64,000 nucleotides of DNA from Chloroflexota bacterium (GCA_964291655.2 OZ219802.1:96001-160000); one strand, 5' to 3'. Shown: positions 48,113 to 59,336, numbered from the stretch's first letter. Program-made: numbers and translations. The notes: generated by a model from the sequence alone, not told the origin.

Positions 48113-50590
48113 TTATGCCTCCTCAGCTATCGTTGGACTGATCGGTGTAACAACCGGGTGACTCTCTGGCGGTGGCGCCGGAAGTCTCCGCTTTCTTGTC
48201 GGGAATTTTGTCCTGCTCTTGTTACTCAAAACGGTCTTCAATAATGCGGCGTCAAGCACTTCATCCATTGTGTCGGCCCAAATGATCTTTAATTGATCGA
48301 GCGCTTCCTTGGGAACATCCTCCAAGCTATGCTTGTTCTTGCTGGGAAGAACCACGGCTTGCATGCCCGCTCGGTGGGCCGCGAGCAGCTTCTCTTTGAG
48401 CCCGCTCACCGGCAGCACCCGACCGCGCAAGGTGACCTCACCGGTCATCGCAACGTCTTTGCTCACGGGACGTTGGGTGAAGATGGAGATAATCGACGTT
48501 GCCATCGCCACCCCCGCGGAGGGTCCTTCCTTTGGCACGGCGCCAGCGGGCACGTGCACATGGAGGTCGTTCTTTTCAATGACGTCCGCCGCGATGTTGA
48601 ATGCCCGTGCCTTAGCGCGCGCAAAGGAAAGTGCCGTCACTGCGGACTCTTGCATGACTTCGCCCAGTTGGCCTGTCAAGATCAGATTGCCCTTGCCTTT
48701 CATGAGTGCAGCTTCTACCGTGCTGATCTCGCCGCCTGCGGCGGTCCAAGCTAAACCGGTAACCACGCCGACCTCATTCTGCCGCTTGTCGAGCTTCGTG
48801 TTGAGCTTCTCCGGACCCAGCAATTCCTGCACGCGGCGGGGACCGATGCGAACCGACTTCTGTTCGCCTGCGGCTACCAAGCGCGCGACTTTCCGGTCGA
48901 TGGTGGCGATCTGCCGTTCCAAGTTCCGCACACCGGCTTCTGCCGTGTAGCCGCGGACTATTCTGCGCAAACCGTCGTCCGTCATTTTGCATTGCGACCG
49001 TGTGAGCCCATGCTGCTTGAGTTGCCTCGGTACCAAGTACCCCCGAGCAATATGGAGTTTCTCTTCCTCTGTATAGCCCGAAATATTGATGACTTCCATG
49101 CGATCAAGAAGGGCGGGCGGAATAGTCTCCATCAAGTTTCCCGTCGCTACAAAGAGGACGTTAGAGAGATCGTAGGGAACCTCTAGATAGTGATCGGAAA
49201 AGCTAAAGTTCTGTTCCGGGTCGAGCACTTCGAGCATGGCGCTCGAAGGATCGCCGCGGAAGTCGTAGCCGAGCTTATCAATCTCATCCAGCACGAAGAC
49301 CGGATTATTTACTCCGCCTTGTCGCATTCCCTGTATTATCCTGCCGGGTAGTGCGCCAATGTACGTGCGGCGATGACCTCTGATCTCCCCTTCATCCCGT
49401 ACGCCGCCCAAACTAATTCGAACGAACTTGCGGTCCAAGGCTCGTGCTATCGAACGACCGAGCGACGTCTTGCCTACACCAGGTGGACCTATGAGACAGA
49501 GTATGGGGGTCCGTGCATGCTTGGCGAGGCTGCGCACGGCCAGGTACTCGAGAATGCGATCTTTAACTTTGTCGAGACCATAGTGATCTTGATCCAGGAT
49601 CGTCTTGACTTGGCTTATGTCAATTTCTTCATCTGAGCTACTTGCCCACGGCAGCCCAAGGAGCCACTCAAGGTAGGTGCGCACAATGCCGACTTCAGGT
49701 GACGCCGATGGCATGTTGCCCAAACGTCCGGCCTCGTGCCGCGCCTTGTCCTTTACCTCGTCCGGCATGTTCGAGTCTTCGATGGCCTTTTTGATTTCTT
49801 CGATCTCGGCCAGTTGTGGGTTGGCCTCTCCCAGTTCACGGTGGATCGCCTTAAGCTGTTCTCGGAGGTAGTACTCGCGCTGGGCTTTCTCCATGCCCTG
49901 CTGGATCTCGCCTTGGATGCGCGACTTGACCTCAGAGATTTGCAGTTGACGGGCCATAATGCGGTAGACACGCTGCAGCCGTTCCACGGGGTCTATGATG
50001 CCGAGCAGTACACGCCGTTCATCGAGAGTCAGCTCCGGAGCGTAGCCAAACAGGTCAGCAAGGCGACCGGGATCATCCATGCCCCGCGCCACCGCTACCG
50101 CGTCGCGCGGCACCTGGGGCTCTTTTTCAACGTATGCTTCAATTTGGTTGATTACGCTCCGCACCAAGGCTTCAGTTTCCAAAGTAGACTCGACCACCTC
50201 ATCAACAGCTTCGACCTCAGCGATCAAGTGCTTCTTCTTCCAAATGTCGTTCAAGCGGCCCCGTTGTTGGCCCTGGAAGAGCGCCTGATGTTTGCCGTCT
50301 GGGAGTCGAATGAGCTGACCTACGCCGGCAATGGTGCCCACTGTGCCGGCATGCTCACGCTTCGGTCGCTTAAGGTTGAACTCCTTGTCTGGCGTGAGAA
50401 GCAGCACCTTATGATCGCCCTCAGTCGCCGCCGATACTGCTCGGAATGCAGCCTCATCTTCCAGGCGCAAAGGCACCGTCATGTGTGGAAACACAACGGA
50501 ATCCGTAAGTACTACCACTGGCAGGCGCACAAGTGTTTGCTGTGCCGAGTCCTCGTCCAACTGTTGTCCTTCTTCAGGCAGCTTGGCCAT
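48113..50590 (-). CDS. lon: Lon protease
   Basis: LON N-domain, [26 protein letters not shown] (catalytic Ser) and GLKEK motifs. Confidence 0.98.
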   Translation of the reverse strand: MAKLPEEGQQLDEDSAQQTLVRLPVVVLTDSVVFPHMTVPLRLEDEAAFRAVSAATEGDHKVLLLTPDKEFNLKRPKREHAGTVGTIAGVGQLIRLPDGKHQALFQGQQRGRLNDIWKKKHLIAEVEAVDEVVESTLETEALVRSVINQIEAYVEKEPQVPRDAVAVARGMDDPGRLADLFGYAPELTLDERRVLLGIIDPVERLQRVYRIMARQLQISEVKSRIQGEIQQGMEKAQREYYLREQLKAIHRELGEANPQLAEIEEIKKAIEDSNMPDEVKDKARHEAGRLGNMPSASPEVGIVRTYLEWLLGLPWASSSDEEIDISQVKTILDQDHYGLDKVKDRILEYLAVRSLAKHARTPILCLIGPPGVGKTSLGRSIARALDRKFVRISLGGVRDEGEIRGHRRTYIGALPGRIIQGMRQGGVNNPVFVLDEIDKLGYDFRGDPSSAMLEVLDPEQNFSFSDHYLEVPYDLSNVLFVATGNLMETIPPALLDRMEVINISGYTEEEKLHIARGYLVPRQLKQHGLTRSQCKMTDDGLRRIVRGYTAEAGVRNLERQIATIDRKVARLVAAGEQKSVRIGPRRVQELLGPEKLNTKLDKRQNEVGVVTGLAWTAAGGEISTVEAALMKGKGNLILTGQLGEVMQESAVTALSFARAKARAFNIAADVIEKNDLHVHVPAGAVPKEGPSAGVAMATSIISIFTQRPVSKDVAMTGEVTLRGRVLPVSGLKEKLLAAHRAGMQAVVLPSKNKHSLEDVPKEALDQLKIIWADTMDEVLDAALLKTVLSNKSRTKFPTRKRRLPAPPPESHPVVTPISPTIAEEA

Positions 50591-50636
50591 GCCAATGTGT
50601 CCTCATCTATTCCCACAGGAATGCTTCACTAAACTC

Positions 50637-50666
50637 ATCTTACAGCTTGAGTGTCTCCGTGTCAAC
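50637..50666 (-). promoter_or_regulatory. Sigma70 promoter with overlapping HAIR operator (HspR site)
   Basis: Minus strand TTGACA-N17-TAAGAT. Plus strand CTTGAGT-N7-TGTCAAC (50646-50666) versus HAIR consensus CTTGAGT-N7-ACTCAAG. Confidence 0.85.
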
Positions 50667-50890
50667 TAAACTGCATCAACGCATATACCCTTATCATACA
50701 CAGCCATATGAGATATGGCAAAACATTCGCGCTTTTCGTGAGTTCCCCAAAAAAAGCCGTCGGAATTCACAATGCTCACTTTCCCACCAAATACTAGCTA
50801 AGTTTGCGCCATCGAAACCAATGGTGGCTCTGCTCGATGACAGCATATGATCACAGCATGAATTGTACGCCTTAGGCCTGTATCCGTTAA

Positions 50891-50926
50891 ATGACAAGCC
50901 GCCCGGGCGTACGAGCGGCTTGTCAT
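50891..50926 (-). terminator. Intrinsic terminator of the amidase gene
   Basis: atgacaagccgc...gcggcttgtcat 12-bp inverted repeat. Confidence 0.7.
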
Positions 50927-51015
50927 CAGGAAAAATGGAGGAAGGATCGGTGCGTATATGTTTGTGGGCAACATATACGTACATTCAATTTGATGAATAC
51001 ACGAAGGCAGGGATC

Positions 51016-52605
51016 TCAGTCGAAGAGCAATGCCCTTTGGCGAAGAATTGCGTCGCCCAAAAGTCCTAGCTGCACTTCATAGCGTGTACCGGCATGTTGT
51101 GGATGGTATTCGAAGCGAGCACGTTGGAAATACTGCACGATTCGACCATCCTCAACAATTTCTTGTGAAATGGGATAACCAAAGATGTAGATTCCGCCAT
51201 TCTCGCGGAAAAACTTTAGGAAGGCGAAGTGAACTGAGTGTCCTGTCTCGGGGAAGTACTGTTGGGTCTCTGTAGTCGGCATCGGCGCCACCGTAACGGC
51301 AGCAGGGTCACCTCTGCGAATTTCATTGCCAAGCAGTGTCAGCTGAACTTCATAGGGGGTGCCGGCGAATTTCGGATGATACTCAAACCGTGCCCGCTGG
51401 AAATACTGGACCGTCATGCCTTCATCCGTCATTTCTTCGGTGCGGGGAAAGCCAAAGATATCGACTCCACCGTACGCCTCAAAGAACCTGCGAAACCCAC
51501 CAAAGATGTTGTGCCCTGTTTGATTGAAGTACGTCACATCCGGACCTTCAATTCTTGGCACTGGGTCAGTGGGAAGCTTGTCTCGCAAGCCGATGCTCAC
51601 CCAAAGATCGTCGCCAAGGTTCATTCCACCGGGACCTTGCATGGACCAAACTCCCATGCAGTCGCCGCATACCGTTGGGGCCCGAAGCTCAACACTCACT
51701 GCGCCGGTCTGTCCTGGCATGAGGTAGGGCAATGGCACGCTCACAGGCCCTCCCAACCGATTTCTGCCTTTGAAAACCAACCGAAAGTCTCCGTCCCACG
51801 GCACACCGCCGGTGTTCATTACTTTCCAGGTTTTGATGAAATTGCTGCCTGGGAGCACTGCCGTGCCGTCCGGAATTGTCAAGTCTTCTACAAATCGTCC
51901 GTCCGGGTCGCTGAAGTATGAGAGAATGCCTCTATAGAGCGAACTTGCAACCTTCTGTTGGTAGCTCGGGTCATTGAGCTTGATTGCTTCTGCGTAGTTG
52001 GTCAACGTACCAACCTCCGCGATCACTGCCGGCAAGTCTATCTTGCCAAGGATGTAGTACGGAATGGACCGTACGCCGCGGTCATCTGCTTGGGTGATCA
52101 GTTGAAGATTGTCTCGAATTCTACGTGCAAGGTTTCTACTTTGGGCGATTAGTTCTGGCGGTCGTGTGTGGGGGTAGAGGTAGCCACTCTCCGGCCCAAA
52201 GAAAACCACCACTCCCGTACGTGAGGCATCCGCCAGTGAGTCCGCATGGATTGAAACGAAGATGTCTCCATTTGACTCGTTCGCAATCTGCAAGCGGGCT
52301 TCCAAGTCTGATCTGCGATGGTTCGCGCTAGTTCCCAAAGTTGAGTCATCAACTCGGGTATAGATTGTGGTTGCGCCTGCCGACTCCAAGAGCGACTTGA
52401 GCTTGAGGGCAATCTGGATATTGACGTCTTTTTCTCTAAAGCCATTGACTACTGCTCCCGGGTCTTCGCCGCCATGTCCAGGGTCGATAACTATGGCTTT
52501 ACCGGCGAGTGGACCCGCCGCTTGTACAAAGCTGCTGGGTAATCCTAACGCGGTAACAACGAAGATCAGCAGGGTTGAGAAAATAGAGACGCGAATAGAC
52601 CGCAT
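51016..52605 (-). CDS. N-acetylmuramoyl-L-alanine amidase (Amidase_3) + NBR1-Ig-like domain + Chloroflexota surface repeats
   Basis: IDPGHGGEDPGA, FVSIHAD and IAEVG amidase motifs. FVEDLTIPDG..KTWKVMNTG Ig-like domain. Two YF..TGH...QYFQRARFEYHP repeats. Confidence 0.92.
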   Translation of the reverse strand: MRSIRVSIFSTLLIFVVTALGLPSSFVQAAGPLAGKAIVIDPGHGGEDPGAVVNGFREKDVNIQIALKLKSLLESAGATTIYTRVDDSTLGTSANHRRSDLEARLQIANESNGDIFVSIHADSLADASRTGVVVFFGPESGYLYPHTRPPELIAQSRNLARRIRDNLQLITQADDRGVRSIPYYILGKIDLPAVIAEVGTLTNYAEAIKLNDPSYQQKVASSLYRGILSYFSDPDGRFVEDLTIPDGTAVLPGSNFIKTWKVMNTGGVPWDGDFRLVFKGRNRLGGPVSVPLPYLMPGQTGAVSVELRAPTVCGDCMGVWSMQGPGGMNLGDDLWVSIGLRDKLPTDPVPRIEGPDVTYFNQTGHNIFGGFRRFFEAYGGVDIFGFPRTEEMTDEGMTVQYFQRARFEYHPKFAGTPYEVQLTLLGNEIRRGDPAAVTVAPMPTTETQQYFPETGHSVHFAFLKFFRENGGIYIFGYPISQEIVEDGRIVQYFQRARFEYHPQHAGTRYEVQLGLLGDAILRQRALLFD

Positions 52606-52810
52606 ACGTCTTTCGCCGAGGTAAAATACGGCAAAGGCAAGATTGAAAGGGAACAAACGAACGTAGAGAGGTCTTACGGGACTAGTATAGCACGGCGAGA
52701 TTTAGCTTGCAAGCTCTTGGCTAGATTTCTGCAAAGTAATGATGGGGAGCAGGATCCTGTCCGTGGAAATGGGTCTCACCGGCGACTTGGGATGGCGAGA
52801 CCGCCGGCTC

Positions 52811-54427
52811 TCAATTCGGGACCTCCAACGTCCGTGCCCTGCTTGAGAGCGCAATGGCATCAACCTGTTGGTAGGTTGTCGTGTCGATTACGTGAATGGT
52901 TGGGTTGCTCTCTTCAGCGATGTAGAGGTATTGCCCATTGCTGGAGAGCGCCATTGTCCGGGGCCGCTGTCCCACCGGAAAAGTATCCATTACCTGAAGG
53001 GTCTCCGGATCGAGCACCTGACAGTATCCCAGCACTCCATTGAGCACGTAGAGGTATTCTGCGCTGGGATGCAGTGCAAGCGCGACGGAGCCGGCGCTCG
53101 TCGTCGCGCCTTGCTCCACTGTTCCTTCGCGAATATTGACGATTGCCAGGACTCCGGAGTCGATCAGAGTCGTGAATAAGCGCGCGCCATCCGGGGCCAT
53201 GACACTCCGTCCCGGATTCTCCTTAACGTCAATTGTGCGCAGCACGGCTAGCGGGTCCGTGCTCAAAACGGTAATTGACTTACTCAAGTGTCCGACGTGA
53301 ATGAGGCGAGATCCATCCGGAGTTAGGATGAGCTGCCCATAGGAAGGGATATTGGTCGCACTCGACGTAACCCGCTTGGATTCCATGTCGATTGCCACAA
53401 TACGATAGATCCGATCATCATTGTCTCCCTGGAACCGCATGAGGCCGTACATCGTATTCTCGTCCCGAGGGCGCAGCACTAAGAATGTCGGTTGAACGTA
53501 GTCGCTCTTTATCTCGAAGCTTTCATCTTCAGTGCCCGTGGTAGCGTCAAAGCGAACTATCGCACCTCCGTAGCGGCCGCTGTAGAGATAACGTCCGTCC
53601 ACGCTACGGACGAGGCTGTAAGTGCGTGAAACATCCTCGAGGCGCGCGATAGGCAAGTTGCTGGCAGTATCAATGAGTGTAAGTGAGTTGTCTATGCCGC
53701 CGACAAACAGACGGCCCCCGGCACTTGGGCGCAAGGTGACCGGTAGCTCCGTTTCACGCCGCGACACTTCTACTTCGGCGCGCACCAATGCAAAGTCGAT
53801 CTTACGAACGCCAACGATGTAAGAACCTAACGGCACCTCCGGGATGGTCGCCTTGCCGTCATCCCGCGTGAACGCCTCGGCGAGAAGCTGACCGACGGCA
53901 TCGTAGAGGGTAACGTGTGCGCCGGTGAGCGGCTCGTCATTGCCGGCCGTTACTGCCACTACCAGCGGCCAACCGGTTCGTGTTACCTGCAGTGGGAGTG
54001 CAAGATCGATCTCGCGGCCGCGCGGGGTTTCACCGCGGGCCTGCAATACCAATGCGTTTTCGCCAAGCAGCGGGAGGTCTACCGGAAGTACGAACGGGAT
54101 CCGAAACGTGCCGAAGGCATCCGCCCACGTGTGGCCGACCGTAACCGCCGTATCTCCGTTGGGATAGGTAAGTTGGAGCCGGATGAGGGCACCCTCCGGC
54201 CAGTGTGCTCCGGTGATGAAGACGGTCCCGCCAAGCTCGGCGCGACTCGGGAGCACGCTAACAACCGGGTCTCCTTCTTCACTCATTTCAATTTCGGGCG
54301 ACGGATAGTCCGGGACACCGCGAATCCGGTCGTAGAGCACTCCGGCAAAGCCTAATACCAAAATTAGGCCCACAACGGTGAGCAAGCTGAGAACCAAGGC
54401 ACGAGTTCGGTTTGCAGAGAGTGCCAT
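52811..54427 (-). CDS. Membrane-anchored protein with Ig/carboxypeptidase-regulatory-like domains and YVTN/YncE beta-propeller
   Basis: AAGGAG RBS, TM anchor, PLTGAHVTL..TRDDG, repeated S/TPDG..LY and VIDT motifs. Confidence 0.8.
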   Translation of the reverse strand: MALSANRTRALVLSLLTVVGLILVLGFAGVLYDRIRGVPDYPSPEIEMSEEGDPVVSVLPSRAELGGTVFITGAHWPEGALIRLQLTYPNGDTAVTVGHTWADAFGTFRIPFVLPVDLPLLGENALVLQARGETPRGREIDLALPLQVTRTGWPLVVAVTAGNDEPLTGAHVTLYDAVGQLLAEAFTRDDGKATIPEVPLGSYIVGVRKIDFALVRAEVEVSRRETELPVTLRPSAGGRLFVGGIDNSLTLIDTASNLPIARLEDVSRTYSLVRSVDGRYLYSGRYGGAIVRFDATTGTEDESFEIKSDYVQPTFLVLRPRDENTMYGLMRFQGDNDDRIYRIVAIDMESKRVTSSATNIPSYGQLILTPDGSRLIHVGHLSKSITVLSTDPLAVLRTIDVKENPGRSVMAPDGARLFTTLIDSGVLAIVNIREGTVEQGATTSAGSVALALHPSAEYLYVLNGVLGYCQVLDPETLQVMDTFPVGQRPRTMALSSNGQYLYIAEESNPTIHVIDTTTYQQVDAIALSSRARTLEVPN

Positions 54428-54804
54428 CAGTACTCCTTTGCGAGTCTGTCGCTCATCCCAATGGTACTCCGCCCGGTGGCGTGTGGGCAACGGCAAAGGC
54501 AACAATTCAATTCGGCGGGGATTGAGAAGAGACTAGTTGCCATTGCCCATTTGCTAAGACCTAGAGTTGGACCCTCACACCCGAAAAAGGCTCTGCAACT
54601 GTACTTCGAGGCATCGCCGAGTTTGTGTTGTCTGTTTCGATCTATGAATGAGGCTTTGTGTATAGGCAGGACAGTAGCGTATAGTCACACTAAATCCAAA
54701 GAGTGGTAATTGGGCCGGAATACTTGCCAAGATGGCAAAGTGTGAAGTTGACAGAGACTCTTCCCGGGGCCAACGTTGCATGTGAAGTTTATGAGGATTG
54801 ACGG

Positions 54805-55689
54805 ATGAAGTACCTGGTATTTTCTAAGCGACTTGAACACCTTACATTGGAAGACATGACCGCTACTGTAGCCGACTTGGGCCTGGACGGCGTTGAACTC
54901 ACCGTGCGCAGTGCCGGCCACAACCTGCCGGAGGCGGCCGCGGGCACAGCCGGCCATGTTACTCCCGATCGTGTGCGCTTTGATCTGCCCAAGGCGGTCG
55001 AAGCTTGCCGCGCGCACGGGCTTGAAGTCGGCTGGATTGCGACGGATATTACCAGTGCCGAGTCACCTTTTGCCCGTGACGTCTTCGCAGTCGCGAGCGA
55101 TTGCGGCATTAACCAACTCAAGCTTGGCTACCATCACTACCGGGGCTTCGGTCATCTGCGGCAGCAACTCGACGATATGCGGCGCGATCTGGAGAGCATT
55201 GAGCACCTCTGCCTTGAGTACGGAATTCAAGCAGGCGTCCATGTTCATGCCGGCTACTGCTTGTCCGCGGAAGCGATGCAAGTGGAGCGCCTGCTGACCG
55301 ACTTCAACCCGGCTGCGTTGGGCATCTACGCCGACTTTGGGCACATGGGACTGGAAGGCGCCTATGGTGGCTGGGTGCAAAGCCTGGACCTCATTGCTGA
55401 TCGCATTATCATGCTCTCCCTTAAGAACGTGGGTCTCTTTGGCCAGACGGACCCGGAAAGCGGCATCGTAACCTGGGAAAGCAAGTTTGTACCTTTAAAG
55501 GAAGGGATTACCCCGTACCGCGAGGCATTACAGTACCTCAAGCAGATAGGCTACAGCGGCTCTGCCTCGTTTCACACCGAATATCAAGGCGCGTGGAGTT
55601 GGCGTGAACTCTCGTATGCTGAACTAATCGCGCAGCTTCAGGAGGACATTGCCTATGTGCGACAAATAGCCGCCGAATTCGACTTGTAG
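54805..55689 (+). CDS. Sugar phosphate isomerase/epimerase (TIM barrel)
   Basis: GLDGVELTVR, HVHAG, DFGH, LKN and SFHTEY motifs. Confidence 0.87.
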   Translation: MKYLVFSKRLEHLTLEDMTATVADLGLDGVELTVRSAGHNLPEAAAGTAGHVTPDRVRFDLPKAVEACRAHGLEVGWIATDITSAESPFARDVFAVASDCGINQLKLGYHHYRGFGHLRQQLDDMRRDLESIEHLCLEYGIQAGVHVHAGYCLSAEAMQVERLLTDFNPAALGIYADFGHMGLEGAYGGWVQSLDLIADRIIMLSLKNVGLFGQTDPESGIVTWESKFVPLKEGITPYREALQYLKQIGYSGSASFHTEYQGAWSWRELSYAELIAQLQEDIAYVRQIAAEFDL

Positions 55690-55818
55690 CGGAAAGCCGC
55701 TCCTCCAAAAGCTAGGGCGACTTCAGCACCTGCCGCCGGACATGTCTAAACCCGCCTTTTGTGGAGATGTTGTCTTGCTGTGCCTGTGCGCACAATTAGG
55801 GGAAAACAGGAGGCCGCC

Positions 55819-56835
55819 ATGACGTATCGTGTGGGTTTGATCGGACTTGAACAGCACGTCGAACGAGTGTTTGGCGCCGTGGATAATGATCCCGAGATCG
55901 TGCTTGCAGCGGTTGCCAACGCTGGTGAGCAAGCCGCAGCACTTGCGAGCAAGTACCGTGCCGACATGCATGATGATTATCACGCTCTGTTGGCGCGAGA
56001 CGATATAGACGTGGTCGCGAGCTTCCAGTTGCCCGTGCACCAAGGTGAGACGGTAATTGCTGCGTTGGAAGCCGGTTTCCCGGTACTTGCGGAGAAGCCG
56101 ATGGTGACCAGCCAGAAAGAACTGGACCGGGTTATCGCAATCCTGCAGCAAAACTCCTCGCTCCACATGGGCCAACTCTTTAGCCGGCGGGGAAATCCCG
56201 TATACCGCGCAGTCCGTGACGTGGTGCAGAGCGGCCAAATCGGCGAGGTGGCGCTGGCATACGCCCTCATTGCCGCCACCGAGCGGCGCGGCGTGCGGCC
56301 GGAGTGGTTCTTTGACCGGCGGCTTTCCGCCGGGCCGGTGCTCGACTTGCTCATCCACGACATCGACATCGTGCGCTGGATCACCGGCCGAGAGCATCAG
56401 AGCGTAATCGGCACGGAAGCCAATATCGGCCGCCCGGACGATGCCCACTACCATAACGTCGGGCAGGTGCTCTTCCGCATGGACGGCGGCGTAAGCGCCG
56501 TCATGGAGCACCACCGCCTGGTGCCGCCGAGCCTGGGTCGCATGGACAACCGCCTCAAAATCCTCGGCACCGAGGGGCAGGCGGAAGTCACGCATGACGG
56601 CAGAGTATGGCTGTATCGCTGGGACGACTCTCAGGAACTTTCCGAGCTACCGCAGCAACAAGACATCTTTGCCAACTTTGTGCGCACCGCCTGCGCGGGC
56701 CATCAACCAATCGTGAGCACGCAGGATGCGGTGCAAAGCATGCAGGCCACCCTCTGCGCCACGGAAGCCGGGTTCACCGGGACCCAGCAGCAGGTACCGC
56801 CGGTCCCGGTCTTGCCCAAGCGAGCAACAGCCTAA
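55819..56835 (+). CDS. Gfo/Idh/MocA family oxidoreductase
   Basis: AGGAGG RBS, LAEKPM, GPVLDLLIHDID and ILGTEG motifs. Confidence 0.9.
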   Translation: MTYRVGLIGLEQHVERVFGAVDNDPEIVLAAVANAGEQAAALASKYRADMHDDYHALLARDDIDVVASFQLPVHQGETVIAALEAGFPVLAEKPMVTSQKELDRVIAILQQNSSLHMGQLFSRRGNPVYRAVRDVVQSGQIGEVALAYALIAATERRGVRPEWFFDRRLSAGPVLDLLIHDIDIVRWITGREHQSVIGTEANIGRPDDAHYHNVGQVLFRMDGGVSAVMEHHRLVPPSLGRMDNRLKILGTEGQAEVTHDGRVWLYRWDDSQELSELPQQQDIFANFVRTACAGHQPIVSTQDAVQSMQATLCATEAGFTGTQQQVPPVPVLPKRATA

Positions 56836-56958
56836 TCTATGTTTCCAGGATTAGGTGGTATTGCCGTCGGGCATTAAGGTTGACTCCTGCAGCACTGTGC
56901 TCTGGCTAGCAACGAGAAGCCAAGCGCCTTTCCCAGTTATGTGGAGTAAAATTCCAAT

Positions 56959-58002
56959 ATGGGCCAGTCGATACAGGTTGCAGTCGATGTCACGCCAGCG
57001 CAACCGCACGCTGGCACCACCCTCGCATCCTGCCTGAACCCGCTAATGGCAACTGCCGGCGGGCCGGAGTGGTCGATGGCGCGGCTGCAGGGCGTTATGG
57101 GCCATGCCTTCCACTTTGAGATGGTAGCCGGCGGCGGCAACGTCATGCACGACAACATCGACTGGGGTCCTGCCTTGGACTTCCTCCCACAGTTCGCGCA
57201 GTTTCGTTCTTTCAAAGCCACAAAACACGATACTGACGTCGATCTACCCACGCTCAAGCAGGATGCGAGAGATGCCGTCCGCGCCGGGCTTGAACTCGGC
57301 TTTCCAACGCTGGTGTGGCAACCGATGAGTCCCGAGCAAAAGGCGAGCGACCACCCTGCCCACCACGCGTACTGTTGGGGACTCATAGTCGGATATAACG
57401 AACCGGAGGAGTCCTACACGGTCCGTCACCCATTCGTTGACGGCACCTACACCGTTCGCTTCGACTTGATCGGACATGCCGATCCGGCCGAGCTTTTCAG
57501 TATTCTAGCCTATGCAGGGCCGAGCACAGCAGATGAAAGGGAAATTCACGTGACGGCGCTGCGAAACGCGGTAGGTTTTGCGCATGCCACTCGCTTTGCG
57601 GCGGACGATGAGCGCAATGCGAGGCGGCGGGCAGCGCCGCATGGCTTCGCAGCCTACGAACTCTGGCAGAAGGCGTTCGCCACGGAAGACGTCCCTACGT
57701 TCAAGTCACGTCACCACATCGAGGTACTCTTACCGCGGCGCCTGGCGGCTGCCAGGTATTTGCGAGAAGTTAAAACGCTCTTTCCCAAGGCGGCTGCGAA
57801 ACTTGAGGCCGCAGCGGCGCATTACGAGCATGAATTGGAGCCGCTGCATGTCATTCACGAGCTCTGCAATGCGGCCTGCGATAGAGATGCGTGGCATCCG
57901 CATGAACGAGTCAAAGCGAGGAAGGCAATCGGCGACGCATTGCGGGCAGATCGACAGGCGGTCTCCGGCATCGCGGCGGCACTCACCGCTCTCGATGGTT
58001 AG
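56959..58002 (+). CDS. Hypothetical protein, paralog 1 (possible BtrH/papain-like N-terminal fold)
   Basis: 347-aa ORF with GGAG RBS. High similarity to 58203-59246 supports coding. Confidence 0.75.
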   Translation: MGQSIQVAVDVTPAQPHAGTTLASCLNPLMATAGGPEWSMARLQGVMGHAFHFEMVAGGGNVMHDNIDWGPALDFLPQFAQFRSFKATKHDTDVDLPTLKQDARDAVRAGLELGFPTLVWQPMSPEQKASDHPAHHAYCWGLIVGYNEPEESYTVRHPFVDGTYTVRFDLIGHADPAELFSILAYAGPSTADEREIHVTALRNAVGFAHATRFAADDERNARRRAAPHGFAAYELWQKAFATEDVPTFKSRHHIEVLLPRRLAAARYLREVKTLFPKAAAKLEAAAAHYEHELEPLHVIHELCNAACDRDAWHPHERVKARKAIGDALRADRQAVSGIAAALTALDG

Positions 58003-58202
58003 CGATGGTCCCAGGCAAGGCGGCTGGTGGGAAGTCTTGACCAGCCGACAACTGTGGGGATGCAGCAATTGGATAGTTATGGGCCTTCCTTTCTTGTTTA
58101 TGCCCCTCCGATGCAAGTCCGGGGATGATTTTGCTAGAGACCGAAACCTAACCTGTTTTCAACAACATCCAACGGATGTCTCTGTTCTAAAGGAGAATTA
58201 GT

Positions 58203-59246
58203 GTGCCGGAACGAGACCAAGAAATAAACGTCATGGTCGATGTCAGCCCCACCATGCCACATCAGGGCACGACCCTTGCATCCTGTCTTTGCCCGCTGAT
58301 GGCAGCCGTCGGCCGTCCGGAGTGGACCATGGCTCGGCTGCAAGGTGTCTTGGGGCATGCGTTTCAGTTTGATATGAAAGAGGGGGGCCAACACGTCAAC
58401 CATGACCACCTCGACTGGGGCCCCGCTGTGGACATCCTCCCGCGAATCGCACAGTTTCGTACGATCATGGCCGAAGAGAATGACAAGAATGTCGACTTTC
58501 CTGCACTCAAGCGCGAAGCGAGAGCGGCCGTTCTTGATGCTTTGGAACGCGGCGCCCCCACGCTCGCTTGGTCTCCGATGAGCCATGCGATGAGTGATAG
58601 CCACCACCATGGTGTCTGCTGGGGGTTGATCGTCGGTTACAGCGAGACGGAAAAGACATACACCATTCGTCACCCGTTTGTGGAACAGACCTACACCGTT
58701 CGCTATGACGAGGTTGGACAGTTTGAGGACATTGAGTCCATTTATATGAAGGTATATTGCGGCCCGTGCACCGCAGATGAAAGGACAACGCACCTGACAG
58801 CGCTGCAAACGGCCGTGGCAATCGCGCATTCGACCAGATTTGCGGCGGACGACTCCCGCAACGCCAATAGACGAGCAACGCCACATGGTTTCGCTGCCTA
58901 CGAAGTCTGGCGCGAAGCGTTCGAGTCGGAGGAAGTCCAAGCGAATACCACCCACCATCATCTCGAGATGCTCATGTGGCGGCGGGTTGCCGCCGCTACC
59001 TATCTGCGGGAACTTGCCGGCTTCTTTCCCGCTGCCGCTGAATCGCTCGAAACAGCCGCGACTCACTACGATCACGAAATGGCTGTGTTGCATCCTCTGC
59101 ACGATCTCTGTGACACGGCCTGTGAGCGGCAGGCATGGCCTGCACAGGACCGTGCTGAGGCGCGTAGGCTAATCGGCGACGCACTGCAGGCGGACCGTGA
59201 GGCAATCGGTAGCATTGAGGCAGCGCTCGCCAACATAGGAGACTAG
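58203..59246 (+). CDS. Hypothetical protein, paralog 2
   Basis: 347-aa ORF with AAGGAG RBS. Shares GTTLASCL, MARLQGV.GHAF, CWGLIVGY and PHGFAAYE.W with paralog 1. Confidence 0.78.
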   Translation: MPERDQEINVMVDVSPTMPHQGTTLASCLCPLMAAVGRPEWTMARLQGVLGHAFQFDMKEGGQHVNHDHLDWGPAVDILPRIAQFRTIMAEENDKNVDFPALKREARAAVLDALERGAPTLAWSPMSHAMSDSHHHGVCWGLIVGYSETEKTYTIRHPFVEQTYTVRYDEVGQFEDIESIYMKVYCGPCTADERTTHLTALQTAVAIAHSTRFAADDSRNANRRATPHGFAAYEVWREAFESEEVQANTTHHHLEMLMWRRVAAATYLRELAGFFPAAAESLETAATHYDHEMAVLHPLHDLCDTACERQAWPAQDRAEARRLIGDALQADREAIGSIEAALANIGD

Positions 59247-59336
59247 CAGGCTAGTTTATTGACTTTGCACGTCAAGATCATATATGCTGGCGGCGAGGCG
59301 TTTGTGAGGGTGGGCCGGTTGGGAGAGGGTGCCAGC

